Assembly: GCA_029856625.1 (NCBI GenBank)
Contig: JAHKLG010000001.1
Coordinates: 20,361-52,360, forward strand
Length of the DNA stretch: 32,000 nucleotides
Reading direction: 5' to 3'
Source: Candidatus Njordarchaeota archaeon
GTDB taxonomy: Archaea > Asgardarchaeota > Njordarchaeia > Njordarchaeales > Njordarchaeaceae
In this document: piece after piece, positions 1 to 9,237 of the stretch
Numbering within the stretch: position 1 is the stretch's first letter
Layout: each line of letters starts with the position of its first letter
Position numbers and translations under genes: made by a program
Notes under the pieces: model-generated
What the model saw: only the letters and a program-made list of their open reading frames with translations
Database searches by the model: none
What the model was told of the DNA's origin: nothing

Positions 1-77
1 CGTTAAGGAGGAGAGAGCCCTCATTAAAGCTACGGCTTGATTAGGATAATACGTATTTAACTTGTTGGTGAGGAGAT

Positions 78-401
78 ATGGCTAAAAAACGTGGAATTAA
101 GATAAAAACCAGAGCAGTGATTAGAAGAGCATTAACAATTGAAGATCCTTACAAAATAATAAAAAGAGTCTTAGTTACAGAGAAGGCAATTGAATTAATT
201 CAGAGGGAGAATAAATTAACATTTATCGTAGATCGAAGAGCTAACAAACCCATGATAAAAAGGGCTATTGAAGAGCTCTTTGATGTGGAGGTAGAGAAAG
301 TTAATACGATGATAACCCCTAGAGGAGAGAAGAAGGCAATCGTGAGACTATCTAAAGATTATTCAGCAATAGAAATAGCATCGAATCTAGGAATTCTATA
401 G
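78..401 (+). CDS. rpl23: Large-subunit ribosomal protein uL23 (L23)
   Basis: 107-aa ORF. The core '[61 protein letters not shown]' is the classic uL23 pattern (TEKA...NxLxFxVdxxAxKxxIKxAxExLFxVxVxxVNT). A GGTGAGGAG Shine-Dalgarno-like motif lies just upstream of the ATG. Confidence 0.9.
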   Translation: MAKKRGIKIKTRAVIRRALTIEDPYKIIKRVLVTEKAIELIQRENKLTFIVDRRANKPMIKRAIEELFDVEVEKVNTMITPRGEKKAIVRLSKDYSAIEIASNLGIL

Positions 402-526
402 CTTTTTCCTAAGTAACACTTATTATGATTGGCTGATCGGTAATTTCTCTCTCTATGGATTAGTATTCATCACCTAACAAGGGAGGTTTTCTGTTCCTAA
501 CAAAACTATTTTTAGGGGGATACTGC

Positions 527-1585
527 GTGAAATTACTGATCGAAACGGAGAGCTCTCTTAGAGATTACGCTTTGAAAGAACTAGAGATGATATTAAATAA
601 GAAAGGAGAGAAAGATCGGTTCAATGAGAGTCTCATAGTGTATGATACAAAGTCAATCACAGATGATCTGATGATGATCACGCTATTCAGTGAGACAGTT
701 TATAGCTTTTATTTAGAGGTAGGAAGATTTGAGGTAAATGTTCCTGATGATATGTATAGGAAAGCGCTGGAAGTTAATTGGCATGAATTTTGGGATCCCG
801 AACTGACCTTTGCTGTGAGACCAGTCATAAGAGATCAGAGAATTAGTCGAGAGATCGGAGTAAAAGTTGGACAAGCTATAGTTGACAAATTTCTTACCGA
901 GTTAGGTAAAAGACCAAGAGTGAACCTCTCTAATCCTGATATTGAAATTATGGCATGGTTAAAAGAGAACCGATTATTGCTAGCGATTAATCTATGTGGA
1001 GAAAACTTGAATAATCCTGAAGCCGTTTTTGCACGAAGCTTACTCATTATTAGCGAGTGGAACTATAGTAAGAGTATGGCTGAGATTTTCTGTGATCATG
1101 TAGCAATATCTGCTAGAAGGCTTGCTATCCGAGACCCTTATCGAGAAAAAGTAGCTAGAAGAATTTTCATTAAGACGAAGTTTATTGATAAAGAAAGGGT
1201 TCTATATTTGATGAGAAAGAATTGGAGAAAATATGTAGAGAATTTACGAATAAGTTGTTATGAGAGAATTAATAGAATAGATATCGTAAAGCAGGAAAAG
1301 CCAGAAATAAGGAATGTTGCTCTGAAAAATATAGAGCAATTGAATGTTGGAAGCGAAGAGTATATCTTATCGAATATGCTATTTGTAATAGAGAAGAAGA
1401 TAGAAGAGAGGAAATGGTTAGAGAAAATATTTAAAATACTGGAGCAGAACAGAAGCTGGGAAAAGATCTGTCTCTTCATGATGTCGGATGCTTATCCAGG
1501 AAAATTAATAGGTGAAAAAGTCTTTGAAAAGAACATTAAATTTAAAGGAATGAGTTGCAAGATAGTCTGTCTTTATAATAAATAG
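527..1585 (+). CDS. THUMP-domain protein, Trm11/Trm14-like architecture with a degenerate methyltransferase-like C-terminal half
   Basis: 352-aa ORF from GTG 527. 'TFAVRPVIRDQRISREIGVKVGQAIVDKFLTELGKRPRVNLSNPDIEIMAWLKENRLLLAINL' matches the THUMP-domain pattern of archaeal tRNA m2G methyltransferases. Where those enzymes carry the SAM loop (DPxCGSGT) this protein reads 'AEIFCDHVAISARRLA', and no (D/N)PPY motif is visible downstream. The size (about 350 aa) fits aTrm11. Confidence 0.55.
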   Translation: MKLLIETESSLRDYALKELEMILNKKGEKDRFNESLIVYDTKSITDDLMMITLFSETVYSFYLEVGRFEVNVPDDMYRKALEVNWHEFWDPELTFAVRPVIRDQRISREIGVKVGQAIVDKFLTELGKRPRVNLSNPDIEIMAWLKENRLLLAINLCGENLNNPEAVFARSLLIISEWNYSKSMAEIFCDHVAISARRLAIRDPYREKVARRIFIKTKFIDKERVLYLMRKNWRKYVENLRISCYERINRIDIVKQEKPEIRNVALKNIEQLNVGSEEYILSNMLFVIEKKIEERKWLEKIFKILEQNRSWEKICLFMMSDAYPGKLIGEKVFEKNIKFKGMSCKIVCLYNK

Positions 1586-1596
1586 GAGGTATAGAG

Positions 1597-2076
1597 GTGA
1601 TATTAAGTATGAGTTCCCAAACAGAGGGCATAGAGAACATTGAGCAAAGAGCTCAAGAACCTGAAAGTATAGGTCGTAAAAGAGTAGTATTAGCCTCTGG
1701 TAAGCGTAAAACGGCGATAGCTAGAGCCGTCATAACTACTGGGACTGGAATTGTTAGGATAAATGGAAGAAGACTGGAGGCTATTGAGAATCCTTGGGTA
1801 AGAGCGATTATAGAAGAGCCGCTATTATTAATCGGCCCACTAAGGAGCAAAATTAACATTCGAGTTAGAGTGAGAGGAGGCGGTGTTTCTGGACAAGCTC
1901 AAGCCGCCAGAATAGCTATTGCAAGAGCTATTGTTAAATATTTCAATGACCCAAGAATTGAAGCATTGTTCAAGGAGTACGATAGATACATGCTCGTCGG
2001 TGATCCGCGGCGTAAAGAGATGAAGAAGTTCGGTGGACCAGGGGCGCGTGCTAGATTCCAGACTAGCTATAGATAA
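1597..2076 (+). CDS. rps9: Small-subunit ribosomal protein uS9 (S9)
   Basis: 'GKRKTAIARAV', 'RGGGVSGQAQAARIAIARAI' and the C-terminal 'DPRRKEMKKFGGPGARARFQTSYR' are diagnostic uS9 motifs. AGGAGGT lies upstream. The start could be GTG 1597 or ATG 1609. Confidence 0.9.
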   Translation: MILSMSSQTEGIENIEQRAQEPESIGRKRVVLASGKRKTAIARAVITTGTGIVRINGRRLEAIENPWVRAIIEEPLLLIGPLRSKINIRVRVRGGGVSGQAQAARIAIARAIVKYFNDPRIEALFKEYDRYMLVGDPRRKEMKKFGGPGARARFQTSYR

Positions 2077-2302
2077 ACAATTAGAATGCTGGCTAGTGCT
2101 GATGTTAAGGAATAATTGTTGTCATGGATAGGCTAATCAAATATAATAACAATCTCAAGCTTTCCAGATGCGGTAGACCATAATTTACATAAATAGCGCT
2201 TTTAGGCAAATTTTTTCCAGTAACCAAAATTTCTACTTTTTGCTTGTATAGATTAATATTATCATCAAATAGTTTTGGATTAAGGAGTTAGGAGGTAATT
2301 TT

Positions 2303-2578
2303 ATGACGGAGCGAAGAGGAATAGCTATTTGGTTTGCTAAACCATTAAGAATAGCTATTCTTGAAATTCTTGAGAAACACTATGGAAGGGTTTCAGAGAG
2401 CGTGTTGAAAGAAGAGTTAAAAAAAATATACGGAGAGGTTTCTTCAATAGCGCTCAATAGAGCTCTAATGCAGTTAGAAATTAATGGTCTTATACACGTA
2501 GAAGTTGGTATGCCCAAAGAGCGCATTATTGAACGAATAACGAAGGAGAGAAGGTATTTCAGTGTTGGGGAAGATTAG
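2303..2578 (+). CDS. Small winged-helix-like putative DNA-binding protein
   Basis: 91-aa ORF with a GGAGG SD. 'LRIAILEILEKHYGRVSESVLKEELKKIYGEVSSIALNRALMQLEINGLIHVEV' has the helix-helix-helix-wing spacing of small archaeal wHTH regulators. No specific family was recognised. Confidence 0.45.
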   Translation: MTERRGIAIWFAKPLRIAILEILEKHYGRVSESVLKEELKKIYGEVSSIALNRALMQLEINGLIHVEVGMPKERIIERITKERRYFSVGED

Positions 2579-2594
2579 ATTAGAGGTGCATTAA

Positions 2595-3899
2595 TTGGAA
2601 AAGAAAGCAAAAGCACTTCTAATTCCTCTAGCTTCTGAAGTAGTCCCTGAGGAATTAACGCTTGAGTTACTCAAGGAAATTGCCAGAAAAAGTAAAACAG
2701 CGAATGCTGTGGCTTTCGAGATAATTCCTGAGATAATTAATGAAAGAAATCTTGAGAGGGAGATATCCCTAATAAATTCACTAGTAAAGGATTTTAATTG
2801 CATTATTCTCATGCATTTGACTGGGGGAACAAGTAAGCTCGCACTAGAGATCTTAGTCAATCTAACACAAACAAAACCCTTCGCAATATGGGCTCACGGA
2901 AGTTTTAACTCTCTTGCAAGCGCTTTTAATACTAAACTAAAGGTTCAATCTCTCTTAAATGTCTCCATTCCCTTACCCATCATTTATGAAGATATAAAGG
3001 CATTGGAAGAATTTGCTTTACTAGCAGAAGCTGTCGATTATGTTTATCAATCTCACAAAATATTGTTAATAGGTCCTACCACTGGTATTCGAGTTCCCAA
3101 AGGTTATCATGTAACACAAAGTCTTAGATTAAGAAATTTGCTTAAACCCGCAAAGGAAGAAGAAGTTATGGAAGTATTTGAAAGAATAAAGAAGTGGCTA
3201 CCTAGTGAGGAAATTTCTAATAACGAGGAAATTATTAAGGCACTGACTATTTATATTAACATAAAGAAAATTTTAGCCTCGCTTAGTGAAAAGAAAAAAG
3301 GAACAAAGCTTGCTACTATAGAATGTTATAATCTCATGAAATACTTTAATGTGGCACCATGCTTAGCAGTATCTTTATTACTGGATGATGGGTATATAAT
3401 AACATGCCAGAGAGATATTCCTTCTCTTTTTGGATTCTTACTTTTAAAGAAAATTACGGGTCAAAGTATCTGGTTAGCGGATATAAGTAAAATATTATGG
3501 GAGGATAGAGTTGTTGTTTTTTCTCATTCATGCGCAGATCCAAAACTAGCCGTTTCTGATGATAAGATAGTGATAAAGAAACATCCGCTAAAAGGAGTTT
3601 ATGCCACGTTATATGTTCCGTTAAAGGTTGGAATAGATGTCACTATTGTGCAAGTAGATATACTAAAAAATGAGTTAATCTGGTTTGAGGGAAAGATTGT
3701 AGGGCCAGATAAACCATATGAGAATATAGAAACCACACAAGCGAGTGTGAAATTATCGGAAAGAGATTTTATTAATCTTATGAATAAGAATGTGGGCTCA
3801 CATTTTCTCTTGGTTTATGGACGTTGGGGTAAGACGATAGACAAGGTTAATGAACTATTAAAGCAAGTGAACATCTTGAGGGAGTTAAAGGGACGGTAA
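2595..3899 (+). CDS. Hypothetical protein, tentatively L-fucose/L-arabinose-isomerase-superfamily-like
   Basis: 434-aa ORF from TTG 2595, preceded by GAGGTG and starting 17 nt after the wHTH gene stop. 'IECYNL...APCLAVSLLLDDGYIITCQRDIPSLFGFLLLKKITGQSIWLADI...VVVFSHSCADP' resembles by eye the catalytic C-terminal region of FucI/AraA-like isomerases (xCExDxxxxxxxxLxxxTGxxxxxxD...HxG). The family assignment is tentative. Confidence 0.35.
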   Translation: MEKKAKALLIPLASEVVPEELTLELLKEIARKSKTANAVAFEIIPEIINERNLEREISLINSLVKDFNCIILMHLTGGTSKLALEILVNLTQTKPFAIWAHGSFNSLASAFNTKLKVQSLLNVSIPLPIIYEDIKALEEFALLAEAVDYVYQSHKILLIGPTTGIRVPKGYHVTQSLRLRNLLKPAKEEEVMEVFERIKKWLPSEEISNNEEIIKALTIYINIKKILASLSEKKKGTKLATIECYNLMKYFNVAPCLAVSLLLDDGYIITCQRDIPSLFGFLLLKKITGQSIWLADISKILWEDRVVVFSHSCADPKLAVSDDKIVIKKHPLKGVYATLYVPLKVGIDVTIVQVDILKNELIWFEGKIVGPDKPYENIETTQASVKLSERDFINLMNKNVGSHFLLVYGRWGKTIDKVNELLKQVNILRELKGR

Positions 3900-3909
3900 A
3901 TCATAGTGC

Positions 3910-4365
3910 CTATGATTCCGTATAGCTATTTATTATTAAAGATAGGGAGTTTAAGAAAACGGCGAGTGCGGTGAAATATATTCCACTATCAAGTATAATA
4001 GCAGCTCTAGGTTTTCCATTTTCTAAGGCAATTCTATTTATCTCTTGTATGACATACTTTGCGAAGCCATCAAACAAGATAATCACGAATAATATAATTG
4101 TTGCGAAGCCCAGAAATACGCTTAGGATCCGATACTCATCATTATTCTTGAGATAAGCTACAGTTGTCATTACAATAGTGACTAAAAGAAGCAGGAATAC
4201 TAAGTTTAGTGTTGGTACTCTGGTGGTAATAATATGTACAGCCTCTATAGATATCACGGAATTATTTCTAAGATAAATCAATTTTAGCCAAGGTGTTACT
4301 AAACCTAAACCATAAAGCAATAATGTGAAAAGAAAAAGCAATAACCCAGCAGTTCTTCGAGCCAT
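3910..4365 (-). CDS. Integral membrane protein (about 4 TM helices), unknown function
   Basis: 151-aa ORF with four long hydrophobic stretches (e.g. 'GLLLFLFTLLLYGLGLV', 'LVFLLLLVTIVMTTVAYL', 'LSVFLGFATIILFVIILF', 'IYFTALAVFLNSLSLII'). It begins 20 nt downstream of the PRC-barrel gene on the same strand. Confidence 0.6.
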   Translation of the reverse strand: MARRTAGLLLFLFTLLLYGLGLVTPWLKLIYLRNNSVISIEAVHIITTRVPTLNLVFLLLLVTIVMTTVAYLKNNDEYRILSVFLGFATIILFVIILFDGFAKYVIQEINRIALENGKPRAAIILDSGIYFTALAVFLNSLSLIINSYTES

Positions 4366-4385
4366 CTAATGCGCCTTTAGTACAA

Positions 4386-4700
4386 TCATTGATTCATGTT
4401 CGAATTTTTGGGAAATAAAAGGTTTTTTCTAAACTCCTCTATTTCTTTCCTCCTTTTTTCTTCACGTAAGAGAAGTTTTAGCTTTGCGGGAAGTACTTTT
4501 AATATGTAATACTCATCATTCATTCTTTTGACTTTGCGAAGGTTAATCACTAATACTCTTAGCTCTTTAAGCTCCTTAAACCTGGTTTCAATAATAGCGA
4601 TATCATATCCTAGTTCGTCTCTCCTAACATCTGTAATTGTCCCAATCTCAATACCATCATGAGTACGTACTTTTTTGCCTATAAGCTTCCTGCTAAACAT
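4386..4700 (-). CDS. PRC-barrel domain protein with a charged helical tail
   Basis: The N-terminal 'LIGKKVRTHDGIEIGTITDVRRDELGYDIAIIET' is the typical PRC-barrel signature (LxGkxVxxxxGxxxGxvxDvxxD). The C-terminal 'LKLLLREEKRRKEIEEFRKNL' is a charged helix. Confidence 0.6.
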   Translation of the reverse strand: MFSRKLIGKKVRTHDGIEIGTITDVRRDELGYDIAIIETRFKELKELRVLVINLRKVKRMNDEYYILKVLPAKLKLLLREEKRRKEIEEFRKNLLFPKNSNMNQ

Positions 4701-4783
4701 TTTACCAGTCCTTACATATTAATCTAATATAGGCTCTCTTTTCTCGCTATTGAATTATAGAACAGAAGTTAAGAAATAAATTA

Positions 4784-5713
4784 TTAAGAAAGCAAAGCGG
4801 CGATTACTGCCTTAGCCGTATGAAGCCTATTTTCCGCCTGATCCCATACTACACTATGATCAGATTCGAATACTTCCTCAGTAACTTCTTCGTGCCTTGG
4901 AAGACAATGCATGAATATAAAGTCGTCAGCTGCGTGTTTTACTAGATCCCAAGTCACTCTGAAAGGTTCAAAGACCTTTATTCTTTCCTTAGCCTCAGCC
5001 TCCTGTCCCATACTAACCCAAACATCTGTATATATGACATCAGCATCTTTTACAGCCTCAATAGGATCATTTGTAACTATTATTTGAGCACCACTACTAT
5101 TCTTCTTCACTAACTTATTAGCTAGCTCTAAAACTTCTTTACTAGGTGTATAACCTTCAGGAGATCCGATACGGATTTCTAAGCCGAGGATTGCGGCACC
5201 AAACAATAGTGAGTGAGCCACATTATTATCTCCGTCACCTACGAACGCAACTTTAGTGTCTTCAAAACCTTTTTTCTCAAGAATAGTTAGATAGTCTGCT
5301 AGAGCTTGGAGAGGATGGGAATAATCGCTGAGAGCGTTTACGACAGGAATTCTAGCATATTTAGCCATTTCTTCAAGAGTAGAGTGCTTATATACTCTGG
5401 CAATAATAATGTCCACATAACGATCCAATACCCTACTAAAATCCTTTACTGGCTCGCCTCGAGCTAACTGAGTCTCACTTCTCGGCATGTATATGGGATG
5501 AATACCGAGATGAGCACATGCTACTTCCAGGGAAGTTCTTGTTCTAGTGCTAGGTTTTTCAAAGATCAATGCTGCGGTTTTCCCAACAAAGTAAGCATGA
5601 GGTTCGTTTCTCATCTTCTTTTTCTTAAAATCCTTTGATAACTCAAGTAAATACATTATCTCTTCGCGGCTGAAATCCGCTAATGTTAAGAAGTCCCGGC
5701 CAGTCAGTTTCAT
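4784..5713 (-). CDS. argF: Ornithine carbamoyltransferase
   Basis: The carbamoyl-phosphate motif 'STRTRTS', 'HPLQALAD', the ornithine-site 'DVWVSMGQE' and 'HCLP' occur in the canonical order. The 309-aa length is typical. Confidence 0.9.
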   Translation of the reverse strand: MKLTGRDFLTLADFSREEIMYLLELSKDFKKKKMRNEPHAYFVGKTAALIFEKPSTRTRTSLEVACAHLGIHPIYMPRSETQLARGEPVKDFSRVLDRYVDIIIARVYKHSTLEEMAKYARIPVVNALSDYSHPLQALADYLTILEKKGFEDTKVAFVGDGDNNVAHSLLFGAAILGLEIRIGSPEGYTPSKEVLELANKLVKKNSSGAQIIVTNDPIEAVKDADVIYTDVWVSMGQEAEAKERIKVFEPFRVTWDLVKHAADDFIFMHCLPRHEEVTEEVFESDHSVVWDQAENRLHTAKAVIAALLS

Positions 5714-5804
5714 AGTTAATCACCTGCTTATCAAAATTTAAAAGATACGAGAATAGCTGCTACTTCCTTAAAATGGTAGAATGTTATTTATATAGCTTAG
5801 TCCA

Positions 5805-6431
5805 TTATATCGACTTGAGTATTTCTTCTCTAGTGCGCTTTAAGATTTTATACGGGCCTAAGCCTCTTTCTCGAGCTATGAGAGTTATTCTGATTTCAGA
5901 TTTCTGACGAACTTGGATGGGTGGCACAATTGTAAGTCCTCTTCGTAGGGGAGGAATTAATTGAGGAATTCGGAATTCAAATCTCCTAACTTTAGCCCTA
6001 ATTTTATCACCCACGCGAATTACTAATTTGCTATTCCGTCCTCTAAGAATCCTATTTTTGACATCATAATGAAACTTGTCATTATATAGTTGGGGAACGG
6101 GGCACCGGGCATCTATACTTCCTATTGTGACATAAACGTCAGATTGTGTGACCTCTGCAATAGTGCCTTCTACAACTTCGTCCTCGATAGGCCGAAAAAC
6201 CAATAACGAGGCTTCTGTATCAAAGTAGACTTCAGGGGTCTTATAGAATATTTTCCCCACTTCGCTTGTCTTAGCATCAATTACCGCTATCACTAATCCT
6301 ATGTTCTCTATAACTGTTCCTTCTAGACGTTTCCGAAGGGTATCCAGAATAACGTCGTCCAAGTTCTTTGAGGGATCAAGTTTATCGGGGCTTATTGGCA
6401 CTGTAATTGCCGCCTTTATAAGAAAAAACAT
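5805..6431 (-). CDS. rpoE: DNA-directed RNA polymerase subunit Rpo7 (RpoE')
   Basis: N-terminal 'FFLIKAAITVPISPDKL...LRKRLEGTVIENIGLVIAVIDA' followed by an S1-like 'VVEGTIAEVTQSDVYVTIGSIDA...VGDKIRAKV'. The start is placed at the second in-frame ATG (6431) because GAGGAG lies 8 nt upstream; the ORF extends to 6449. Confidence 0.8.
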   Translation of the reverse strand: MFFLIKAAITVPISPDKLDPSKNLDDVILDTLRKRLEGTVIENIGLVIAVIDAKTSEVGKIFYKTPEVYFDTEASLLVFRPIEDEVVEGTIAEVTQSDVYVTIGSIDARCPVPQLYNDKFHYDVKNRILRGRNSKLVIRVGDKIRAKVRRFEFRIPQLIPPLRRGLTIVPPIQVRQKSEIRITLIARERGLGPYKILKRTREEILKSI

Positions 6432-6544
6432 TTTGTCTCTCCTCAGCATGCCATTCGCTTAGTGGAATGATTAAATTGTAAGGATATACATTCAATGCTT
6501 AACACAGAGCATTAAAAAATAATGCTGGAATTATAAAAGTTAGT

Positions 6545-7870
6545 TTATGGTTCAAGAGTTTCTGGATCCCGGGGGAATAATACAGCTTCCCTAACATTCT
6601 TAAGATCCAGGATAAGCATCGTTAGTCGGTCTAAACCGATTGCGAAGCCTCCATGTGGAGGCATACCATATTTAAATGCTTTAAGATAGTAACCGAATCT
6701 TTCTGGATCCAGTCCTTTTTCTCTCATTTGTTTAACTAAGATTTCGTATCTATGCTCCCTCTGACTTCCAGTGGCGATTTCCATTCCTTTGTAGATTAAG
6801 TCTATACTCTTAGTGACAATTTCGTCTCCGGTGTTAATCTCATATTTCATGGTATAGAATGGTCTAATTTCCCATGGAAAATCTGTGATGAAAAAGAAAT
6901 CAGATCCTGTTCTTTTCTTTATTATCTCTCCTAAGTATTTTTCTCCAGTATGCGGAATTTCCTTTCCTTCTAGCGGAATTTGTGCTTGTTTTAAGAGCAT
7001 AACTGCTTCTCGATAGCTCATTACTGGAAATGGTTTTTCGGGGATCTCTGGTGGATCTTTACCTAGTAGTTCAAAGATTTTTTCTCCCTCGATCCGGACT
7101 TTTCTAATAATATATATAACGATGTCTTCTAGAAGATCCATTAGATCTTCGACATCATTAATCCATGCCATTTCAACATCTAATGAGGTAAATTCGGTTA
7201 AGTGACGTATGGTATATGAGGGTTCAGCTCTAAATGCTGGGCCTATTTCGAAAACGCGCTCTAAAGCCCCAGCCATAAGCTGCTTGTAGAGCTGGGGACT
7301 TTGTCTCAAATAAGCTTTTCTCTTAAAATAATCAACTTGAAAAACATTAGCTCCTCCTTCAGCGACATACAAAGCTATAACTGGAGTATGTATTTCTACG
7401 AAATTATTGCTTAAGAGAAACTCTCTAAACGAATTAACTATTAATGATCGTATCTTAAATATCGCAGCATTTCTCAATATTCTAAGATCAAGTGTACGAT
7501 ACCTAATACGCTTATCTAACTCTGTTGTCTCCTTAAAGAGATCGATAGGTAAAGGTGCCTCAGCTGGAACAACATACACTGACTGAGGAACAATCTCGAA
7601 GCCCTCAGCGGTATTTGCTTCTCTGATTATGCCATCAACGATAATAGCTGATGCTGGGTTTAATTCCTTAGCCAATCTGATTAGATCATCGCTCACTTCG
7701 CCTTTTTTAAATATGACCTGCAATTCTCCTTCTCTATCTCTTAATCTAACGAAAACAATCTTTCCAAGATCTCTTATCCTAATAACCCAACCAGCAACTC
7801 TGACTCTCTTTCCTCTCATATCTGGGGAGATCTCATTAGAAAAATACTTTAATTTTCTCAAAAAGAACAC
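6545..7870 (-). CDS. aspS: Aspartyl-tRNA synthetase (archaeal type)
   Basis: N-terminal OB fold ('VRVAGWVIRIRDLGKIVFVRLRDREGELQV'), 'QSPQLYKQ', class II motif 2 'FRAE' and motif 3 'GGFAIGLDRLTM'. Length is 441 aa. Confidence 0.92.
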   Translation of the reverse strand: MFFLRKLKYFSNEISPDMRGKRVRVAGWVIRIRDLGKIVFVRLRDREGELQVIFKKGEVSDDLIRLAKELNPASAIIVDGIIREANTAEGFEIVPQSVYVVPAEAPLPIDLFKETTELDKRIRYRTLDLRILRNAAIFKIRSLIVNSFREFLLSNNFVEIHTPVIALYVAEGGANVFQVDYFKRKAYLRQSPQLYKQLMAGALERVFEIGPAFRAEPSYTIRHLTEFTSLDVEMAWINDVEDLMDLLEDIVIYIIRKVRIEGEKIFELLGKDPPEIPEKPFPVMSYREAVMLLKQAQIPLEGKEIPHTGEKYLGEIIKKRTGSDFFFITDFPWEIRPFYTMKYEINTGDEIVTKSIDLIYKGMEIATGSQREHRYEILVKQMREKGLDPERFGYYLKAFKYGMPPHGGFAIGLDRLTMLILDLKNVREAVLFPRDPETLEP

Positions 7871-8073
7871 CTGCTTATTCTTGACAGTGAATTACTCATG
7901 AGAACAAAAATTAATTAATGTTTATCCTCAGGAATAATCATGAATCAAGTACGTGATTGAAATAATCGTTTACTCATCAAGATAGGCTAGTATAGCAGCG
8001 AAATAGAGAGTTTCAATGAAAATTATGCGAATTAAGGTATTTTCTAAGCCACCAGTGATAAGGAGGGTCAAAA

Positions 8074-9237
8074 ATGAAAAATACAAAGAAGCTTCTAGTA
8101 GAGGGGTATTTAGCGCTTTTGGATGGGGATTATGATAATGCAGAAAACCTTTATCGGAAGCTATATGAAATGAATCCTCAGAATGCTTGTATAATAAGTA
8201 ATCTCGTTCTGGTTCTGATAAGGAGAGGGAAATATTTTGAAGCTAGGGAAATACTTAAGAAATTTTTAGAAAATGAGAGAGTTAGAAAGAAGTGGAGGGA
8301 GTTAGACGAACTGAAAAACATGTTCCTTATGTATTTGCTTATAGAGTTCTTGCTTGGGGACTTCCCTTCAGCTGTTGAATTATTTGAGGAGACCTATTTT
8401 TATGACCTCTTTTCTTGTCCTATCGAATGGGAGCTTATCCCAAATATGGAGATTTCACTAGAAGATTTACTCGAAAGATACGATGATGAGGAACTTAGCA
8501 AACTTCAGAGACTACTAGCTACAGAAAAGGATGGCTTTGTTGTCTTTCCATTTCCGAGAGATGCTAGAAAATTTCTCTATCTAATCCTGAATAAAGCAAT
8601 GGAAAAAGGAAATTTCCCAGACGCCACCAAAGCAATGATCTACAGGATCTTCACAGTGATTTGTCTATCATTAGGGAAAATCAACGAAGCATCTAATGCA
8701 ATAAAAAAATTGCCAAGGGATGATACATTTTCGCTTCTTACTACTGGTAAATTTGAGTATTGTCGAGGCGATTTAGAGAAAGCTTACAATATTTTCAAAA
8801 ATGTAATAAAACGAGAAGATTTCAAGCAAGATTGTAACAAAAATAAGAGGGTTTCAGCTATAGCTTATCATAATCTAGGGGTTATTCATATTAGGCATGG
8901 GGATATTGAGAAGGGATTAAGAATCGTAAATAAGGCATTAAAAAAGGATGCTAGCTGTATCCCGTGCTGGTATACACGAGCATGGGCTTTATACCTAAGC
9001 GAGAGATGGAGCGAAGCAGAGCAGGCATTTAAAGCATTATTACAGCTCAATAAGACGAATCCCCGTATATGGTATGGATTAGGACTTTCATTACTCATGA
9101 GAGGTAAAAGGCTAAAGGGTCTTGAAGCATTACTAAAAGCCATTAAGCTTAGTCCGCAGAGTGAAACGTTTAGTTTCGCTATTGAACTTGCTAGAGCAGT
9201 ATTGGAAAGCTTTGGTGTGAAACATGAGCATCACTAG
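8074..9237 (+). CDS. TPR-repeat protein
   Basis: 387 aa. Recognisable 34-aa TPR units occur at both ends (e.g. 'GDYDNAENLYRKLYEMNPQNACIISNLVLVLIRRGKYFEAREIL', 'AYHNLGVIHIRHGDIEKGLRIVNKALKKD', 'WYGLGLSLLMRGKRLKGLEALLKAIKLSP'). AAGGAGGG SD upstream. Confidence 0.7.
   Translation: MKNTKKLLVEGYLALLDGDYDNAENLYRKLYEMNPQNACIISNLVLVLIRRGKYFEAREILKKFLENERVRKKWRELDELKNMFLMYLLIEFLLGDFPSAVELFEETYFYDLFSCPIEWELIPNMEISLEDLLERYDDEELSKLQRLLATEKDGFVVFPFPRDARKFLYLILNKAMEKGNFPDATKAMIYRIFTVICLSLGKINEASNAIKKLPRDDTFSLLTTGKFEYCRGDLEKAYNIFKNVIKREDFKQDCNKNKRVSAIAYHNLGVIHIRHGDIEKGLRIVNKALKKDASCIPCWYTRAWALYLSERWSEAEQAFKALLQLNKTNPRIWYGLGLSLLMRGKRLKGLEALLKAIKLSPQSETFSFAIELARAVLESFGVKHEHH

Noticed and set aside
1-40. Open frame ending at TGA 38-40 ('VKEERALIKATA*'), possibly the tail of rpl4 upstream of rpl23
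   Set aside because: Only 12 codons are visible, too short to identify. It is mentioned only as a caveat to the synteny finding.
421-480. GUGAUGA (minus strand) and CUGA (plus strand) motifs in the rpl23/THUMP spacer
   Set aside because: The boxes are on opposite strands and lack partner boxes at the right spacing. They probably occur by chance in AT-rich spacer.
835-1047. Short ORFs antisense to or nested in larger genes. The track lists them at 835-1047, 1258-1479, 1653-1859, 2591-2860, 3971-4156, 7629-7901, 8886-9143, 10080-10370, 11157-11471, 11383-11682, 11804-12061, 12728-12976, 13658-13870, 13907-14110, 14120-14314, 15424-15642, 15678-15911, 16553-16735, 18003-18260, 21615-21806, 22396-22707, 23537-23731, 26241-26426, 27038-27496, 29514-29747 and 31403-31594.
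   Set aside because: Each lies fully within or opposite a longer ORF with clear family motifs. They have low-complexity Ser/Leu/Ile/Phe-rich translations typical of antisense frames in AT-rich DNA, and no start-site signals.
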